DNA of 64,000 nt from Candidatus Bathyarchaeota archaeon (GTDB taxonomy: Archaea > Thermoproteota > Bathyarchaeia > Bathyarchaeales > Bathycorpusculaceae): positions 96,001-160,000 of the forward strand of contig CAVYHV010000009.1 in assembly GCA_963768425.1 (NCBI GenBank), given 5' to 3'. The number at the start of each line of letters is the position of its first letter. Within the stretch, counting starts at the first letter, position 1. Under the pieces are notes generated by a model that worked only from the letters and a program-made list of their open reading frames with translations, was not told the DNA's origin and did not search any database. Both the position numbers and the translations under genes were made by a program. Shown here piece after piece: positions 61,219-64,000 of this stretch.

Positions 61219-61873
61219 ATGTTAAAACTAAACTTTTTCGCTTCTAATCAGAACCACCCTAAAATTCTTTGTCTGGGAGCCCATCCTGATGACATAGAAA
61301 TTGGTTGTGGCGGAACACTTCTAAGAATAATAGACGAAGTTCCAAACGCTTGCTTCTATTGGGTTGTGTTCAGCGGTAATGAGCAAAGACAAAAAGAAGC
61401 TATTGAAAGCGCAGAGATTTTTTTAAAGAAACTCGAAAATAAAAATATAATTATTAAGCATTTTCAAGAATCATATTTTCCGTTTATAGGCGCACAAATC
61501 AAAAATTATTTTGAAGAGCTAAAAGTGGAGTTCTCTCCTGACATAGTATTCACCCATTACAAAAAAGATGCACATCAAGACCATCGCTTAATCTCTGATT
61601 TAACGTGGAACACCTTCCGAGATCATTTTATACTTAGAATATGAAATTCCAAAGTATGATGGAGATTTGAGCACTCCAAATGCCTATGTAGATTTAGGAG
61701 AACGTCATGTAAATAAAAAAATTTCACATATTCTTGATGTCTTTGAAACACAAAAAGGTAGATCTTGGTTCACTGAGGATACTTTCAGATCTATTTTGAG
61801 GTTGCGTGGTATAGAGTCTAATGCCCAAGGAAAATACGCAGAGGGCTTTTACTGTCGTAAAATTGTTTTTTAA
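61219..61873 (+). CDS. PIG-L/LmbE family deacetylase, frameshifted near 61637
   Basis: GAHPDDIEIGCGG, HQDH, then YEIPKYDGD and AEGF in the next frame. Confidence 0.85.
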
Positions 61874-61907
61874 TTTACAAATAGGTTCACATAATTTTAA
61901 CTGCTAA

Positions 61908-62795
61908 ATGAGATTTGTCCAAGTTTCAAGGAGGTCAACGCAAATGGAATATAAAGAATTAGTTAAAGGAGTTAAAGTACCTGTACTTGGAGTTGGAACT
62001 TGGGGATTGGGCGGCAAGCATTCTGCTGATTATTCTAATGATCAGGCCTCCATAGCTGCAATCATTCAAGGAATAGATTTTGGGTTAACACACATTGATA
62101 CAGCTGCTTATTACGGTGCAGGTCATTCTGAAGAACTAGTTGGAAAAGCCATTGAACAATATGATAGAGAAGATCTTTTTATAACAACCAAAATATACCG
62201 AACAAACCTGAGCTATGAAAAAGTCATCTCGTCAGTTAAAGACAGCTTGCACCGTATGAATATTGATTATGTAGATCTTTGCCTCATTCATTGGCCTAGC
62301 GATACAGTCCCACTTCATGAAACGATGAAGGCCTTGGAGACCTGTGTTGACGATGGATTAAGTAGGTTCATTGGAGTAAGCAACTTTTCGCTTAGATTGT
62401 TTCAAGAGGCTCAGAGTTATTTGGAGCGATACTCTCTTGTTGCTGATCAAGTTTATTATAATGTAACACGGTCAAACAAGACCTATTTCAACGGTCTTTC
62501 TGTAAACGAACTATACTCATATTGCAAGGCGAACGGCATTCTGCTAATTGCCTGGTCTCCTCTGGAAGAAGGAAAGCTGGCTAAACCGGGCTTTTTAGTA
62601 TTGGACGAACTTGCACAAAAATATGGCAAAACTCAAGCTCAAATATCACTTAACTGGCTAATCTCACAAGATAATATTATTACCGTACCTAAGGCAACAG
62701 ATTCTGATCACATTAAAGAGAATTTGGGTGCTCTCGGTTGGAAACTTAGTCCAGCTGACTCCAAAAGACTAAGCGAAAGCTTTGTCTCTGTCTGA
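61908..62795 (+). CDS. Aldo/keto reductase
   Basis: GVGTW, IDTA..YG, IHWP, IGVSNF, WSPL, PKA; start may be MEYK. Confidence 0.92.
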   Translation: MRFVQVSRRSTQMEYKELVKGVKVPVLGVGTWGLGGKHSADYSNDQASIAAIIQGIDFGLTHIDTAAYYGAGHSEELVGKAIEQYDREDLFITTKIYRTNLSYEKVISSVKDSLHRMNIDYVDLCLIHWPSDTVPLHETMKALETCVDDGLSRFIGVSNFSLRLFQEAQSYLERYSLVADQVYYNVTRSNKTYFNGLSVNELYSYCKANGILLIAWSPLEEGKLAKPGFLVLDELAQKYGKTQAQISLNWLISQDNIITVPKATDSDHIKENLGALGWKLSPADSKRLSESFVSV

Positions 62796-62836
62796 ATAAT
62801 TCGCTGATAAAAGGGAATCATTGAGTTGAAAATTGC

Positions 62837-64000
62837 ATGAAGTTTGAAGTTAGAAAATCTCCTAAACCTTGCCCATTATGCGGTAAAATGGAATCAATAA
62901 TTTTCTTTGAAGAAACTAATATTCCTTGCAGCTGTAACCAATTATGGCCCACCAAGGCAAAAGCTGTCAACTGCCCCAAGGGAGATATTGTATTGGCCTT
63001 TTGTCCTTCTTGCAGGTTTATTACCAATTGTGCTTTAGAGCCTGATAAAAATCAGTACAATTCAATGTATGATAATTCTCTATTTTATTCTGCGCATTTC
63101 CAAAGTTTTGCGGAAGAATTCGTGGCAGGTTTAATTAAGCAATACGATTTGCACAACAAAACTGTCATGGAAATAACTTGCGGAAAAGTCAATTTTCTTT
63201 CGTTTTTCTCTACTATGGGTCCCAATAACACAGTTAAATTAAGTACCTTATCCGGTGCTGGCGGAAAAATTATCAACGCCGCCGCATCATCTACGCCAGT
63301 AATAGACGGTACCATAGGCAGTAGTGAAGCCCAAAAAATTGATTTTGTTTTTTCTTATCATGAACTAGAGCATGCTAACTCTCCGAAGGGTTTCTTGGGT
63401 CTTTTGCGGAAAAAACTTGGTGGCAACTTAGAGACTGTCATTTTCTTGGCTGTTCCTAATGCATTAAAAGCTTTTGATGAAGGTAGTTTTTCAGATATTA
63501 TTTACGAGCACGTTTCGTACTTTACGGTCCCTTCTCTTTATTTTCTCTTTGACTGCTGTGGCTTTAGGATTTTAGATATTACTGAAACAAAAGGTGGAAT
63601 TTTCGATTCAATTTATATTGTTGCTCAATTGAAAAGTCCCGATACCTCTTCATCCAAGTTAGAATCGGCGTTGGAAACTCGGCGCATTGAGGATGCCGTT
63701 CTTTCATTTGGTATGAAATCAAATGAAATGCTTTCTAAACAAACTGAATTGCTTGTGCAATTTTTAGATCAGGGGAAGAAGATCGTAGTTTGGGGCGCAG
63801 GAGCGAGAGGTGTTACTTTCTTAAATTTATTCGGTGATCTACGAGTCGAGTACGCTGTTGATATTAATCCTCGAAAACAGGGCAAGTATGTGCCTGGAAC
63901 GGGGCAAAAAATTGTTGATCCGCGATTTTTGTTAACTTACAAACCGGATTTTATCGTTATAGCAAATCCCGCATATGAAAGAGAGATCAGAAAGATTGTT
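62837..64000 (+). CDS. Second NDP-sugar C-methyltransferase-like protein, runs off window end
   Basis: CPLC...CPSC, YEHVSYF, WGAGARG, DINPRKQG.YVPGTG; not in ORF track, apparently because no stop lies in the window. Confidence 0.82.
   Translation, partial: MKFEVRKSPKPCPLCGKMESIIFFEETNIPCSCNQLWPTKAKAVNCPKGDIVLAFCPSCRFITNCALEPDKNQYNSMYDNSLFYSAHFQSFAEEFVAGLIKQYDLHNKTVMEITCGKVNFLSFFSTMGPNNTVKLSTLSGAGGKIINAAASSTPVIDGTIGSSEAQKIDFVFSYHELEHANSPKGFLGLLRKKLGGNLETVIFLAVPNALKAFDEGSFSDIIYEHVSYFTVPSLYFLFDCCGFRILDITETKGGIFDSIYIVAQLKSPDTSSSKLESALETRRIEDAVLSFGMKSNEMLSKQTELLVQFLDQGKKIVVWGAGARGVTFLNLFGDLRVEYAVDINPRKQGKYVPGTGQKIVDPRFLLTYKPDFIVIANPAYEREIRKIV

Overview
Archaeal chromosomal window, most consistent with Bathyarchaeia (inferred from gene content and protein style: archaeal rpl12/rps12/rps7, pheST, mch, KaiC-like ATPases, DUF1616-like and Pro/Thr-rich surface proteins). 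Bases 1-37.6 kb hold housekeeping, C1/cofactor and signalling genes plus tRNA-Ala(GGC). Bases 37.6-64 kb are a more AT-rich surface-glycosylation locus (GT2/GT4, RfbD, RfbF, sugar C-methyltransferases, PIG-L, two paralogous secreted proteins, gene relics). Many genes carry single-base frameshifts that look like assembly errors. Most notable: (i) a CitG-like gene beside three paralogous Pol-beta-type nucleotidyltransferases, near mch and a MetV-like gene; (ii) two dispersed copies of a non-coding element with GTCAAA motifs at exact 10-bp phase plus a conserved TCAACCTGCAG block; (iii) a decayed second mch 3' end with KaiC genes interleaved; (iv) tiny Cys-rich ORFs absent from the ORF track; (v) a candidate structured RNA upstream of rpl12. 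Family assignments come from motif recognition by eye, not database searches.
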